A DNA stretch of 64,000 nucleotides from Minisyncoccia bacterium (GTDB lineage: Bacteria; Patescibacteriota; Minisyncoccia; Phycocordibacterales; CAIZLB01). The DNA lies in contig JBGSHK010000008.1 of assembly GCA_041752275.1 (NCBI GenBank), forward strand, positions 2,641 through 66,640, read 5' to 3'. The translations under genes and the position numbers were made by a program. Below, piece by piece: positions 1-10,631 of this stretch. The number at the start of each line of letters is the position of its first letter. Position 1 is the stretch's first letter. Under the pieces are notes generated by a model. That model searched no databases. It was not told the DNA's origin and worked only from the letters and a program-made list of their open reading frames with translations.

Positions 1-813
1 AAAGATTTTATTAGTTATGAACATATTATAACTCACAACATTTTAGATAAAATAAATTTCTTTTCAAGAAATCAAACAGCTTTACTTATAGGTGCGCTTA
101 TCATAGGTTCTGTTTTCGGACTTATAGATGATTTACTTCAAATATATGGTAAAGATTTGAAACTAGGAGACGGTATATCAAGAAAAACAAGAATATTTTT
201 TGTTTTATTTATAGCTGCAATAAGTGCTTATTGGTTTTATTTCAAATTGGGAATGAATACAATTCATATACCATTTGCAGGGGATTTATATTTAGGTATT
301 GGATTTATATTTTTATTTCTAATAGTTAGCTTAGCTATATTTTCAGGTGGTATTATAGACGGCATAGACGGTTTAGCTGCAGGTGTTTTAATACCAGCTT
401 TTTTAGCTTACACGATGATTGCTTTTGGAAATCAACAATATGACTTAGCCGCACTCGGAGGTTCTATTGTTGGTGGACTGCTGGCTTTTTTATGGTTCAA
501 TATACCGCCTGCTAGATTTTATTTGGGAGAAACAGGTATGTTGGGTTTGACCATAGTGCTATCCATGTTTGCTTTTTTAACAGATGAAGTTGTTGTTCTG
601 GCTATTATAGCTTTACCCCTACTTGTCACATCTGCATCATCGATATTGCAAATGTTTTCAAAAAAATATTTTAAGAAAAAAATATTTAGAATAGCCCCGC
701 TACATCATCATTTTCAGGCCATAGGATGGTCTTCTCCTCGTGTAACTATGAGATATTGGATTGTATCTATTATGTGCTCTGTTTCAGGTCTAATACTTGC
801 ATTTATAAGTTAA
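1..813 (+). CDS. mraY: Phospho-N-acetylmuramoyl-pentapeptide transferase MraY (5' truncated by window)
   Basis: Frame is open from base 1; motifs DD, DGIDGL, YLGETG, APLHHHF; many TM segments. Confidence 0.93.
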   Translation, partial: KDFISYEHIITHNILDKINFFSRNQTALLIGALIIGSVFGLIDDLLQIYGKDLKLGDGISRKTRIFFVLFIAAISAYWFYFKLGMNTIHIPFAGDLYLGIGFIFLFLIVSLAIFSGGIIDGIDGLAAGVLIPAFLAYTMIAFGNQQYDLAALGGSIVGGLLAFLWFNIPPARFYLGETGMLGLTIVLSMFAFLTDEVVVLAIIALPLLVTSASSILQMFSKKYFKKKIFRIAPLHHHFQAIGWSSPRVTMRYWIVSIMCSVSGLILAFIS

Positions 814-930
814 GGTCAAATTTATTTTCTCTATTTGACTACAGTCTCACTTCGTTATGGATACACTTTATCTAGGACAAAGTGTCGTTATAGAAATAAA
901 TTTTAGTAAATAATGATATAATTTATAAAA

Positions 931-2100
931 ATGAAAAATATTTTAAATATAATAACAAAAAATAAACCCAAAAAATCAAAAACTTTATCTAGAATAGAAA
1001 ATAGTATAGATAAACCCTTTATGATCATAACTTTTTTGCTTGTATTTTCCGGACTTATTATTTTTTCTTCTGCCATCATTATGCTTATAGGAACAGTAAA
1101 ATATGAAAGTGTTAGATTTAATCAATATTTTCTAGGTTTTGGTGGGGGACTAGTCTTAATGCTTATTTGCTATAATATACCCATATCTTTTTGGAGAAAA
1201 TATTCTTTTTATATTTATATAGCAGGTATTATTGCCATGATTATGGTTTTTGTGCCTGGATTAGGTGTATCACATGGTGGCGCTAGTAGATGGGTTCAAA
1301 TTTTTGGTATACGTTTTCAGCCTGCAGAATTGTATAAAATAGGTGCTGTTCTATACATGTCTTTGTGGTTTATGAGAAGTTTTGGAAAAAAACTCGACAA
1401 TACTCAAAATTTCTTTATTAGAACTTTACCTCTCATTATCATATTGGGTATAAGTGCTATATTATTTTTACTACAGCCTGACACAGATATATTAGGTGTT
1501 ATATCTTTATCTCTGATAATTATGTATTTATCATCAGGTGGAAATATTAAAGATATTGTAATATTAGGAACTATAGGTATTATCGCTTTATCTGCTATTA
1601 TATTTTCTCGTCCATATGTTATGAAAAGAATAGAGATATTTTTAAATCCAGGTTTAGACCCTAAAGGTTCAGGTTATCAATTTCAGCAATCTTTAATAGC
1701 TATAGGCTCAGGAGGTTTAACCGGTCGAGGTTTTGGACAAAGTATACAAAAATACAAATATTTACCAGAACCTATCGGAGACTCAATATTTGCAGTATCT
1801 TCAGAAGACTTTGGTTTTATAGGATCTACTTTCTTAATAGGTTTATATATAGCATTTTTGATGAGAGGTTTTAAGTTGGCTAAAAAATCTTCTTCATACG
1901 GGTCTCTAGTCATGGTCGGTCTATTATCTTTGATAGTTATACAATCATTTGTAAACATGTCTTCTATGCTAGGTATATTGCCATTATCTGGAACACCGCT
2001 CATATTTGTCAGTCAGGGCGGGACATCACTTCTTGTATCACTTATGTCTATAGGAATAATATTATCAGCCTCAAGAGAAAAGAAGGTGGTAATAAAATAA
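931..2100 (+). CDS. ftsW: SEDS family peptidoglycan glycosyltransferase FtsW
   Basis: GASRW, FQPAE, QPD, GYQ..QS..AIGSGG..G.G, LPE...D.IF, SQGGTS motifs; lies between mraY and murG. Confidence 0.92.
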   Translation: MKNILNIITKNKPKKSKTLSRIENSIDKPFMIITFLLVFSGLIIFSSAIIMLIGTVKYESVRFNQYFLGFGGGLVLMLICYNIPISFWRKYSFYIYIAGIIAMIMVFVPGLGVSHGGASRWVQIFGIRFQPAELYKIGAVLYMSLWFMRSFGKKLDNTQNFFIRTLPLIIILGISAILFLLQPDTDILGVISLSLIIMYLSSGGNIKDIVILGTIGIIALSAIIFSRPYVMKRIEIFLNPGLDPKGSGYQFQQSLIAIGSGGLTGRGFGQSIQKYKYLPEPIGDSIFAVSSEDFGFIGSTFLIGLYIAFLMRGFKLAKKSSSYGSLVMVGLLSLIVIQSFVNMSSMLGILPLSGTPLIFVSQGGTSLLVSLMSIGIILSASREKKVVIK

Positions 2101-2122
2101 AGGTGGTGTATAATTTAACATT

Positions 2123-3262
2123 ATGAAAATAGTCATAACAGGAGGAGGAACAGGTGGACATTTTTATCCATTACTTGCAGTTGTTGATGCAATTTTGGAA
2201 GAATGTAGAGATCAAAAAATTTTAAATCCACGTATTTACTATACAGGTCCAAATCCATACAATATTAAAGAATTATTTGATAGAGATATAGAATATATAA
2301 ACATACCCGCAGGTAAAAAACGTATAAATCCAAAAGGTATGGCCATTGTCAATAATTTTATTGATATTTTCCGTATGGGCTTTGGTGTTGTTGTTGCTAT
2401 ATTCAAAATCTTTAGTATATTTCCTGATGTTGTTTTTGCAAAAGGGGGGTTTTCTAGTTTTCCTACACTTTTTGCGGCAAAACTTCTGGGAATACCAGTT
2501 ATTATTCATGAATCAGATTCTGTTCCCGGTCGTGTCAACTTATGGGCTGCAAAATTTGCAAAAAGAATAGCTGTGTCTTTTAAAGAATCAGCAGAATATT
2601 TTGATGCTAAAAAAGTTGCTTACACAGGACAACCTATTAGAAATGAATTATTAAAACCTATAAAAGTTGGCGCTCATGAATATTTAAACCTAGATCCGGA
2701 TTTAAAAACTATATCAATTTTAGGAGGTTCTTCAGGTGCAAAAAAAATAAATGATATTATTATAAACATATTACCTCAGCTTGTAGAAAAATATCAAATA
2801 GTACATCAAACAGGTAAAGCTAATTTTTCTATTGTTAAAGGTATGGCAAAGCTTACACTTGAAGGATCTACAAAATCAGATAGATATAAACCTATTGATT
2901 ATTTAAATATAATGTCTATGCGTATGCTTGGAGGTGTTTCAGATATAATAATATCTCGTGCCGGATCAGGTTTGTTTGAAATAGCATCTTGGGGTGTTCC
3001 TAGTATATTAATACCTATTACTGATTCAAACGGAGATCATCAAAGAAAAAATGCTTTTAATTATTTAAGGGCTGGTGGCTGTGAAGTTATAGAAGAATCA
3101 AATCTTTCAGGGCAGATTTTATTAAATGAAATAAACAGAGTATTATCTGATACAATGCTCAGAGAAAAAATGATTAAAAGTGCACAGGTTTTTTCTACGC
3201 CTGATGCGGCAAAAACCATAGCTCATGAGGTTTTAAACATAGCTTTAAGTCATGAGGTTTAG
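2123..3262 (+). CDS. murG: UDP-GlcNAc:lipid I transferase MurG
   Basis: GGGTGGH, KGGF, HESD, GGSSGA, SRAG, HQ..NA motifs. Confidence 0.96.
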   Translation: MKIVITGGGTGGHFYPLLAVVDAILEECRDQKILNPRIYYTGPNPYNIKELFDRDIEYINIPAGKKRINPKGMAIVNNFIDIFRMGFGVVVAIFKIFSIFPDVVFAKGGFSSFPTLFAAKLLGIPVIIHESDSVPGRVNLWAAKFAKRIAVSFKESAEYFDAKKVAYTGQPIRNELLKPIKVGAHEYLNLDPDLKTISILGGSSGAKKINDIIINILPQLVEKYQIVHQTGKANFSIVKGMAKLTLEGSTKSDRYKPIDYLNIMSMRMLGGVSDIIISRAGSGLFEIASWGVPSILIPITDSNGDHQRKNAFNYLRAGGCEVIEESNLSGQILLNEINRVLSDTMLREKMIKSAQVFSTPDAAKTIAHEVLNIALSHEV

Positions 3263-3388
3263 ATGTTGCACAATATCAGTTTAGGTGTTATTATGTTTAG
3301 GAAATGTTCTTTATATATCCTAAGGGAAGGGTAAATTATTTGAACATTTGACTAAAACAACAAAAAAAGTAGAAAGTTATTAGTTATT

Positions 3389-3832
3389 ATGAAAAAAGGA
3401 CTAGTTATAGGATTGAATCCACAAAGAATAAAAAAAATCTGCAACCGAAAAGTTCAAAAAATGATTACTTTAGGAGATGGATTTATCGCATTCTTGATGA
3501 ATGCAGTTGAAGATGAAGAGATTCAGATTGCAAATGCTCATTTTCAATCAACTATTACAGACATCAGTGGATTCCTTGCTGACCATGATTTTAAGCCTGT
3601 ACCAATCGAATCCTTAGAATTGATTGAGGAAAGGCTTCGTGTGCATAATGTAAAAGTGGTAGATATGGTTATTCCGTTCCGTATACCACCAAATCGTGGT
3701 CACTATTTGAAACTTGATCGTCAGAGTATGCGATATAAAAAAACACAACTTGTTATTCAAAATCTACACATACAAGGCGATGAATTTATAGTAGTCGCTA
3801 TGGATCCTATGTGGGAATATGGAGAAGGTTAG
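3389..3832 (+). CDS. Hypothetical protein (single-gene insertion in dcw cluster)
   Basis: 147-aa ORF with own downstream terminator; no recognised motif. Confidence 0.65.
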   Translation: MKKGLVIGLNPQRIKKICNRKVQKMITLGDGFIAFLMNAVEDEEIQIANAHFQSTITDISGFLADHDFKPVPIESLELIEERLRVHNVKVVDMVIPFRIPPNRGHYLKLDRQSMRYKKTQLVIQNLHIQGDEFIVVAMDPMWEYGEG

Positions 3833-3873
3833 TTGATAACCCAAACTGACACCACAAACCAACAACCAGCCAA

Positions 3874-3913
3874 CAAAAAAGCCACCTTCGTCCCGGACGG
3901 TGGCTATTTTTTT
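3874..3913 (+). terminator. Intrinsic terminator (possibly bidirectional)
   Basis: AAAAAA-GCCACC...GGTGGC-TATTTTTTT. Confidence 0.65.
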
Positions 3914-3994
3914 ATCTCAATTTTACCCAAAAACCACAATTATCCACAATACTGTGGTTTTTTGTTTTAGATTTATTTGCGCAAATGTATCATA

Positions 3995-4029
3995 GTGGTA
4001 TATAATGGGTACAGGTGGGATAAAGTGTC
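3995..4029 (+). promoter_or_regulatory. MraZ-binding boxes overlapping the mraZ promoter
   Basis: GTGGT/ATGGG/GTGGG/GTGTC at exact 10-bp spacing (3995, 4005, 4015, 4025) around TATAAT, matching the known GTGGG-repeat MraZ operator. Confidence 0.7.
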
Positions 4030-4052
4030 ATATATAAAAAATTATTAAAATT

Positions 4053-4511
4053 ATGTTTATCGGCGAATTTACACACACATTAGATGACAAAAAAAGACTA
4101 TCACTTCCATCAAAGTTCAAAAAAGAACTTGGAAAAAAAGTGATAATAACACACGGACTCGACAACTGTTTGTTTATGTTTACTTTGTCTCAATGGGGTA
4201 AAATCGCAGAACAACTTGGAAATATGTCTTTTGGAAATGCAGACTCAAGAGGTTTCAACAGAATCATGCTAGGAGGTGCTGTAGAGGTTGAGATTGATAC
4301 AGCAGGTAGAATTCTTATACCAGATTTCTTAAGACAATACGCTGGAGTTTCTACAGTAGAGGACAAAAAAGAAAATACAAAACTTGTTTTTACTGGAGTA
4401 CATACACGTATTGAAATCTGGGAAGAAAAAAGATGGAAATCATATAAAGAAAAAATACTTAAACAAGCAGATAGTCTAGCTTCCAAGTTAAGTTCCATTG
4501 GAGCTATATAA
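4053..4511 (+). CDS. mraZ: Division/cell wall cluster transcriptional repressor MraZ
   Basis: MFIGEF.H.LD.K.RL.LP and D..GRILIP duplicated AbrB-like motifs. Confidence 0.96.
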   Translation: MFIGEFTHTLDDKKRLSLPSKFKKELGKKVIITHGLDNCLFMFTLSQWGKIAEQLGNMSFGNADSRGFNRIMLGGAVEVEIDTAGRILIPDFLRQYAGVSTVEDKKENTKLVFTGVHTRIEIWEEKRWKSYKEKILKQADSLASKLSSIGAI

Positions 4512-4515
4512 AAAT

Positions 4516-5454
4516 ATGATTAGACATATACCTGTTTTAGCAAAAGAAATATACGAGAACATTGTAAAAAATAATATAAATAAAGATAAAACTGAAAACT
4601 ATTATCATTTAGATTGCAATTTTGGCGACGGGGGACATGTTGAATATTTTATAGAAAACTTGATTAAAGATAATATATATAAAAACATTTTTATATATGC
4701 ATTAGACTTAGATAATGATGCTATATCTAGAGGTAAAAACTTTTTAAAAAAGTATAAGGAAAATAAACAAGTTTCTATAAATATAATACAAGGTAATTTT
4801 GCGAACATTACAGACCTTATAAAAGATATAAAATTTAATAGCATTCTATTTGATTTAGGCTTAAGTACTTATCAACTTAATGGCGCAGGAAGAGGTTTTT
4901 CGTTTAAATTTGATGAAAAATTAGATATGAGATTCTCGACATTGGTTGCCACAGAAGGTGAGTTGACCGCATACGATATAATAAACTTTTGGTCACTAGA
5001 TAATATTTGTCTTATTTTACGAAAATATGCCGATGAAAAATCAGCATGGCGTATAGCAAATAAGATAGTAGAGCTTAGAGAACATAAAAAAATAGAAACT
5101 TCAGGTGAACTCGCAAATATTATTGAAAAAGAAGTTTTTAAAAATAAAAAAAATAAAATTCACCCAGCTACAAAAACTTTTCAGGCTATACGTATTGCTG
5201 TAAATGGGGAGCTTCAGGCTTTAGAGCAAGGTTTAAATGCAGCATACGATGCTTTAAAAGAAGATGGATATATTGCAGTTATAAGTTATCACAGTTTAGA
5301 GGATATTATAACTAAACAATTTTTTAAAAAGTTGGAAAATGAAAAAAAAGGTATACGTTTAAATAAGAAAATTATCATACCAACAGATACGGAAATAAAA
5401 CAAAATTCAAAATCAAGATCTGCTAAATTAAGAATTTTTAAAAAACAAAAATAA
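4516..5454 (+). CDS. rsmH: 16S rRNA m4C1402 methyltransferase RsmH
   Basis: HIPVL, D...G.GGH, DLGLS..Q, RGFSF, LDMR, HPATKTFQAIRIAVN, SRSAKLR; start moved to ATG 4516. Confidence 0.95.
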   Translation: MIRHIPVLAKEIYENIVKNNINKDKTENYYHLDCNFGDGGHVEYFIENLIKDNIYKNIFIYALDLDNDAISRGKNFLKKYKENKQVSINIIQGNFANITDLIKDIKFNSILFDLGLSTYQLNGAGRGFSFKFDEKLDMRFSTLVATEGELTAYDIINFWSLDNICLILRKYADEKSAWRIANKIVELREHKKIETSGELANIIEKEVFKNKKNKIHPATKTFQAIRIAVNGELQALEQGLNAAYDALKEDGYIAVISYHSLEDIITKQFFKKLENEKKGIRLNKKIIIPTDTEIKQNSKSRSAKLRIFKKQK

Positions 5455-5480
5455 GAAACAAAAGTATAAAAAATAAAAAT

Positions 5481-5777
5481 ATGAAAAATAAATCAAAAAA
5501 TATCTATAATTTATCGGTTTTAACAATGGTATTAATTTTGAGCTTTTCTTATATTGTTTGTATATATAAAACAGTTGTTTTAGCGTCTGATTCTGAGATA
5601 AATAATAAAAAAATAGCAATAATAAATGAAATTATAAATCAAAAAGAATTTGATTATATAGATAAAGTTGCATCTATTGATATAGACACTGCAGCATCTT
5701 TAGGTTATAAGAAAAATTCAGAAAATATGATAGCTTACTCTAATATAAAAGATAATACAGAATTTGCTAGAAGATAA
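5481..5777 (+). CDS. FtsL-like small membrane/coiled-coil division protein
   Basis: Single TM plus coiled region ending A..LGY; located between rsmH and ftsI. Confidence 0.6.
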   Translation: MKNKSKNIYNLSVLTMVLILSFSYIVCIYKTVVLASDSEINNKKIAIINEIINQKEFDYIDKVASIDIDTAASLGYKKNSENMIAYSNIKDNTEFARR

Positions 5778-7549
5778 TGATTACTTTTGCTAAAAGAATA
5801 AGAATAATATCTATCTTTTTTGTTTTAGTTGCTTTATTGTTAATATCTAGATTGTATACAATACAAATTTTAAATCATGATAAATATGTTGATATAGGAG
5901 ATAGACAATATATTAAAAAAAATTCAAACATGCATGATAGGGGAGATATATATTTTACAAAAAAAGATGGAACCCATGTTGTTGCCGCAACTATGAGAGA
6001 TGAATATACTCTTTATATAAACCCTAAATCTTTTTATACTTTTTTAAAATCATATAAAAACACTACTTCAAAAACAGAAGATCAACTATTGTCTGAAGTT
6101 ACTTCTAGTTTAATAAATTCTCTAAAAATAGAATCAGAAAAAAAAGAAGATTTAAATACTAAAATTCAGAAAATAAAAGATAAAAAAAATGATACCAGCT
6201 TAGAGTTATTGAAAGAATTATCTTATGAAGAGCAAAATATTATAAAAGATTTAAAATTTGATTTTCTATCTTTAGGGGTTGAAAAAAAGAGGTATTATCC
6301 AGGCAACAGCTTAGCTTCAAATGTTATAGGTGTCTTAGGTTTTCAAGGTAATCAAATCGCAGGTAGATATGGATTAGAAAAATATTTTGAAGATACTTTA
6401 TCAAGAAATAATAAAGTTTATAATAATTTTTTTGTTGATTTATTTTCTGGTGCTAAAAAAATTATTTCTGATAGAGATAAATTGGAGGGAGATATATATA
6501 CAACAATAGAACCAATAGTACAAAAGGAATTAGAAAAAAAAATACTTCAAGTAAATGATAAGCAGAATTCTGATTTAACTGGTGCAATAATAATGAATCC
6601 GTATACAGGGGAAATAATCGCTATGGCAAAAGTACCAACTTTTTCTCATGACAATAAAAAATATGATATTTCAAGTTATAAAAACGATATGGTTGAAAAT
6701 TCTTATGAAATGGGATCTATTATAAAACCTTTAACTATGGCAGTTGGTGTTGATCTGGGTAAAGTTGATTCAGAGTTTACATATAAAGATAATGGTTTTG
6801 TAAAAGTTCGCGATAGAACAATATATAACTTTGATAAAAAAGCCAGAGGTAATATAAATATGCAAACTGCTTTTTCTCAATCTCTTAACACTGCTTTTGT
6901 ATACATATCAACACTTGTTGGCAATGAAAATTTAACTAAATATTTTACAAGTTTCGGTATGAGAGATAAAACCGGTATAGACTTGCCAAATGAATCATCT
7001 CCTTTGACAAATAACTTAGACAAAGGTGATGTTGAGCATGCAACTATATCTTTTGGTCAAGGTATTGCCATGAGTCCTATAGGTACAATAAGATCTTTAT
7101 CTGTGATAGCAAATAGTGGCTATATTGTAAAACCCCATGTTGTAAATAAAATTAAATATAAAATAGGTAATACTTTTGAGATAAAAAACGCTACTGAAGA
7201 AGAAAATAAAAAAATATTATTAAAAAATGAAACAATAGATGAGGTAAAATCTATGATGGTTTATAATGTTGATAATGTTTTATTAAATGGTTCTAGAAAA
7301 AATGCCAGACATAGCATAGCGGCCAAAACAGGTACTGCTCAAATAGCCTCTGAATCAGGTGGATATATTGACGGTAAAAATATGCATACATTTATAGGTT
7401 TTTTTCCTGCTTATAAGCCAGAATTTATAATATTGCTATATACTATAGATCCAAAATCTTCAAGGTATGCATCAGAATCATTGGCTACACCTTTTATGGA
7501 TTTAACAGATTTTTTAATTCAATATTATGAAATACAACCAGATAGATAA
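5777..7549 (+). CDS. ftsI: Class B penicillin-binding protein (FtsI/PBP3)
   Basis: N-terminal TM, RG.I, RYYP, GLE; catalytic S..K (GSIIK), S.N (SLN), KTGT. Confidence 0.9.
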   Translation: MITFAKRIRIISIFFVLVALLLISRLYTIQILNHDKYVDIGDRQYIKKNSNMHDRGDIYFTKKDGTHVVAATMRDEYTLYINPKSFYTFLKSYKNTTSKTEDQLLSEVTSSLINSLKIESEKKEDLNTKIQKIKDKKNDTSLELLKELSYEEQNIIKDLKFDFLSLGVEKKRYYPGNSLASNVIGVLGFQGNQIAGRYGLEKYFEDTLSRNNKVYNNFFVDLFSGAKKIISDRDKLEGDIYTTIEPIVQKELEKKILQVNDKQNSDLTGAIIMNPYTGEIIAMAKVPTFSHDNKKYDISSYKNDMVENSYEMGSIIKPLTMAVGVDLGKVDSEFTYKDNGFVKVRDRTIYNFDKKARGNINMQTAFSQSLNTAFVYISTLVGNENLTKYFTSFGMRDKTGIDLPNESSPLTNNLDKGDVEHATISFGQGIAMSPIGTIRSLSVIANSGYIVKPHVVNKIKYKIGNTFEIKNATEEENKKILLKNETIDEVKSMMVYNVDNVLLNGSRKNARHSIAAKTGTAQIASESGGYIDGKNMHTFIGFFPAYKPEFIILLYTIDPKSSRYASESLATPFMDLTDFLIQYYEIQPDR

Positions 7550-7627
7550 TAGTATAAATGGTGTATTTTAATATATTGTGTTAACATAGGTTATCAAAAT
7601 ATATAAAATTAAACATTAAACATAAAT

Positions 7628-8989
7628 ATGATTAAATCACATGGACGTAAGTCAAAAATAATTGCCAAAATAGCTGACAACAACGCAGAACCAGAATACT
7701 TAAAATCTCTTATAGAGGCCGGTATTGATGTTATGTGGCTAAACACTGCTCATCAAGGTGAGGAAGAAGCTCTCGATGTTGTCAACAAAATACGTCAAGT
7801 GTCAGATCAAAAAATGTCTATTTTACTTGATACAAAAGGACCTGAAACTAGAACAAAAGGATTAGAAAATCCTTTGGAAATTAAAAAAGGTGATTATGTT
7901 GTTTTCACAGGTGATATGTCTTTAACAGGTTCAAATATTATAGGTGTAGATTATCCAAATTTTCACAATGAAATACCTGTAGGAGAGCTTATAAGTTATG
8001 ACGATAACTCAGCTTCTTTTATAGTTGAAGAAAAAGTTGATAACGGTATAAAATGTATAGTAAAAAATGATGCTATTATAAAAAATAAAAAAAGTTTAAA
8101 TGTTCCAAATGTTCACATAAACTTACCCTCACTTACTCCAAAAGATGTTAGCTTTATACATTTCTGTGCTAAAAATGATATAGATTTTATCATTCACTCT
8201 TTTGTAAGAAATGTTCAAGATTTAAACGATATAAAAGAAATACTTAAAGAATATCCAGCTTATAAAGGTAAAATTATAGCAAAAATAGAAAATAGAGCAG
8301 GTTTTGACAATAGAGATGGTATTTTAGATAACTGTGATGGACTTATGGTAGCCCGAGGAGACCTTATGGCCGAAGTTCCTCTTGAAGAGCTTCCTTATAT
8401 GCAAAAGAAAATGGTTGAATCAACTTTGAAAAAAGGAAAATACTGCATAGTTGCAACTCAAGTTCTTAAAAATATGGTTAAAAATCCATCTCCTACACGT
8501 GCTGAAGTTCTTGATATTGGTAACGCGGTCCTAGACGGGACTCATGGTATATCTATGAGTGATGAAACAGCTTTTGGTGATTATCCTCTTGAGGCTACAA
8601 ACGTAATGCATAGAGTTATGAAATATACAGAAGATATGAGAGGTGAACTTGTTCATTTTACAGCAGAGCCGGTATCAACAGATCCTTTATTTACTTGGGC
8701 AAAAGAAGTTGTTGAAAAGGCAAATTCTGAAAAAATTACAGCCATAGTAACAAAAATTTCTCTTGAGGCTAACAAAGCGTTGTCTGCATATCATCCAATG
8801 TCAACTATCTATGCAGGAGTGTCTGATATTATGGATTTTAGAAATATGTCTTTAGGGTATGCTTTAACACCTATAATGATAGAAAATGATACCGTTTTAG
8901 ATCTTAAAAACTCTATATCTTTTGAATCACAAGACAAGATCATGTTATGTGAAGAAGTTGATGGAAAACTTGTGTATAGCATTGTTTAG
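7628..8989 (+). CDS. pyk: Pyruvate kinase
   Basis: LDTKGPE.R, IAKIEN, MVARGDL, ATQ, PTRAE, ETA.G.YP. Confidence 0.95.
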   Translation: MIKSHGRKSKIIAKIADNNAEPEYLKSLIEAGIDVMWLNTAHQGEEEALDVVNKIRQVSDQKMSILLDTKGPETRTKGLENPLEIKKGDYVVFTGDMSLTGSNIIGVDYPNFHNEIPVGELISYDDNSASFIVEEKVDNGIKCIVKNDAIIKNKKSLNVPNVHINLPSLTPKDVSFIHFCAKNDIDFIIHSFVRNVQDLNDIKEILKEYPAYKGKIIAKIENRAGFDNRDGILDNCDGLMVARGDLMAEVPLEELPYMQKKMVESTLKKGKYCIVATQVLKNMVKNPSPTRAEVLDIGNAVLDGTHGISMSDETAFGDYPLEATNVMHRVMKYTEDMRGELVHFTAEPVSTDPLFTWAKEVVEKANSEKITAIVTKISLEANKALSAYHPMSTIYAGVSDIMDFRNMSLGYALTPIMIENDTVLDLKNSISFESQDKIMLCEEVDGKLVYSIV

Positions 8990-9070
8990 TTTATTCATTT
9001 CGATCATAGTCCTCAAAAAGAGCTATTTTGGATAGCTCTTTTCTGCGGATGATCTTATTCATAAATAAAC
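8989..9070. repeat. Palindromic intergenic repeat, copy 1
   Basis: Long imperfect hairpin with conserved ATCATRGTCCTC...TGCSGATGAT core; related copies at 19961 and 33671. Confidence 0.8.
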
Positions 9071-9107
9071 AATGAGTAACTCTTGACCATTATGATATAA
9101 TAGATAA

Positions 9108-9923
9108 GTGCCAAACATAAAAACATCCACAAAAAAAAATATACCAATAAAATCTCCATATGTAGAAATATATAATGGTGATTTGGTATTTATAGAAAAT
9201 GAAACAACTTACGGCAATAAATCAGCTAGTTTTATTGCTGGCAAAGTTTACCCTTTAAAAGTAAGAGATCTTCCTGATCATGATAAACCTAGGGAAAAAC
9301 TATTAAACCTAGGTGTAAAATCACTTGGATTAACAGAGTTACTTTCTATTGTACTCATGACAGGTACTAAAAAAGAAGATGTTTTATCCATGTCTTCTCG
9401 TGTCATAAAAGAATATGGAAAAAGTATTTTTTCAAATCCTGGACTTGATTTAAATAAAATATCAAAAGATTTAGATATACCTATAACTAAAGTATGTCAG
9501 ATTATTGCATGTGGGGAACTTGGTAAAAGACTTTTTGATAAAAATATAAATGGGGTAAAAACCATAAGAACAGTTGATGATGTTTATGAACACACAAAAG
9601 ACATGCATGGTTTATCAAAAGAACATTTAAGAGGGCTTTATCTGGACACTCACAATAAGATAATACATGATGAAGTTTTGTCTATTGGTACCATAAACAG
9701 TAGCATTATACATGCTAGAGAAGTTTTTAAACCGGCCATAGAGTATGGTGCAGCAGCATTTATACTTGTACACAACCATCCATCAGGTATCTCAACACCA
9801 TCAGAGTCAGATAAACTTATTACAGAGCAGATTATAAAAGCAGGAAAGGTTTTAGGCATAGCCTTGCTTGATCATGTTGTTGTGACAAGAGATTCTTTTG
9901 CCTCTGTGCCAGTTGAGTATTAG
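9108..9923 (+). CDS. radC: RadC / JAB-domain protein
   Basis: PREKL..., EL..I...G, H.REVF..AI, HNHPSG...PS..D, LLDH. Confidence 0.93.
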   Translation: MPNIKTSTKKNIPIKSPYVEIYNGDLVFIENETTYGNKSASFIAGKVYPLKVRDLPDHDKPREKLLNLGVKSLGLTELLSIVLMTGTKKEDVLSMSSRVIKEYGKSIFSNPGLDLNKISKDLDIPITKVCQIIACGELGKRLFDKNINGVKTIRTVDDVYEHTKDMHGLSKEHLRGLYLDTHNKIIHDEVLSIGTINSSIIHAREVFKPAIEYGAAAFILVHNHPSGISTPSESDKLITEQIIKAGKVLGIALLDHVVVTRDSFASVPVEY

Positions 9924-9942
9924 TTTTATTATTTTAAAAAAT

Positions 9943-10623
9943 ATGCAAGGAAAACTTTATATAGTAGCAACTCCAATAGGAAACAAAGACGATATAACAA
10001 TTCGCGCCATTTCAACATTGAAAGAAGTTGATGTTATAGCCGCGGAGGACACTCGTGTTATAGGAAAACTTTTATCTTTACTTTCTATACCAAAAAAACA
10101 CATAGTATCTATAAACGAGTTTGCCACAGAAGAAAATCTTGCCTATATATATAGTTTTTTGACAGAAGGTAAAAATGTTGCTTATGTATCAGATGCAGGA
10201 ACTCCTGGTATATCTGATCCGGGTGCTGTTTTAGTATCATATTGTCGTCAAAAAGATATAGAGATAGTACCTATACCGGGTGCATCAGCCATATCAACGG
10301 CCATGTCAGTTTCAGGTATAAGAGAGACACCTTTCTTGTTTTATGGTTTTTTACCACACAAAAATGGACGTAAAAAGATTTTGACAGAACTATTTGCTTT
10401 AAACAAAAACATTATTTTATACGAATCAGTACATCGTTTCACTAAACTCTTGGATGATATTTTAAACACAAACAAAGATCAAGAAATATTTGTTGCCAGA
10501 GAACTTACAAAAATGTATGAAGATATAAAGTTCGATACTGTAGAAAATATTAAAAAATATTATGAAGAAAACAAAACAAAACTTAAGGGTGAATTTGTTG
10601 TAATTATTAAAAATAACAAATAA
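9943..10623 (+). CDS. rsmI: 16S rRNA Cm1402 methyltransferase RsmI
   Basis: LYIVATPIGN..D, AEDTR, SDAGTP.ISDPG, RELTK.YE, KGEFV; start moved to ATG 9943. Confidence 0.95.
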   Translation: MQGKLYIVATPIGNKDDITIRAISTLKEVDVIAAEDTRVIGKLLSLLSIPKKHIVSINEFATEENLAYIYSFLTEGKNVAYVSDAGTPGISDPGAVLVSYCRQKDIEIVPIPGASAISTAMSVSGIRETPFLFYGFLPHKNGRKKILTELFALNKNIILYESVHRFTKLLDDILNTNKDQEIFVARELTKMYEDIKFDTVENIKKYYEENKTKLKGEFVVIIKNNK

Positions 10624-10631
10624 ATAACAAT

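Noticed and set aside
814-905. Hairpin-rich mraY-ftsW spacer with AAATTTATTT/AAATAAATTT arms
   Set aside because: Similar outer arms to the repeat family but lacks the GTCCTC/TGCGGATGAT core; single copy, cannot be assigned
8989-9070. HDV-like or hammerhead ribozyme reading of the palindromic repeat (TCCTC..., CTGCGGATGA)
   Set aside because: I could not build the nested pseudoknot or a CUGANGA/GAAA core; a single long hairpin explains the pairing
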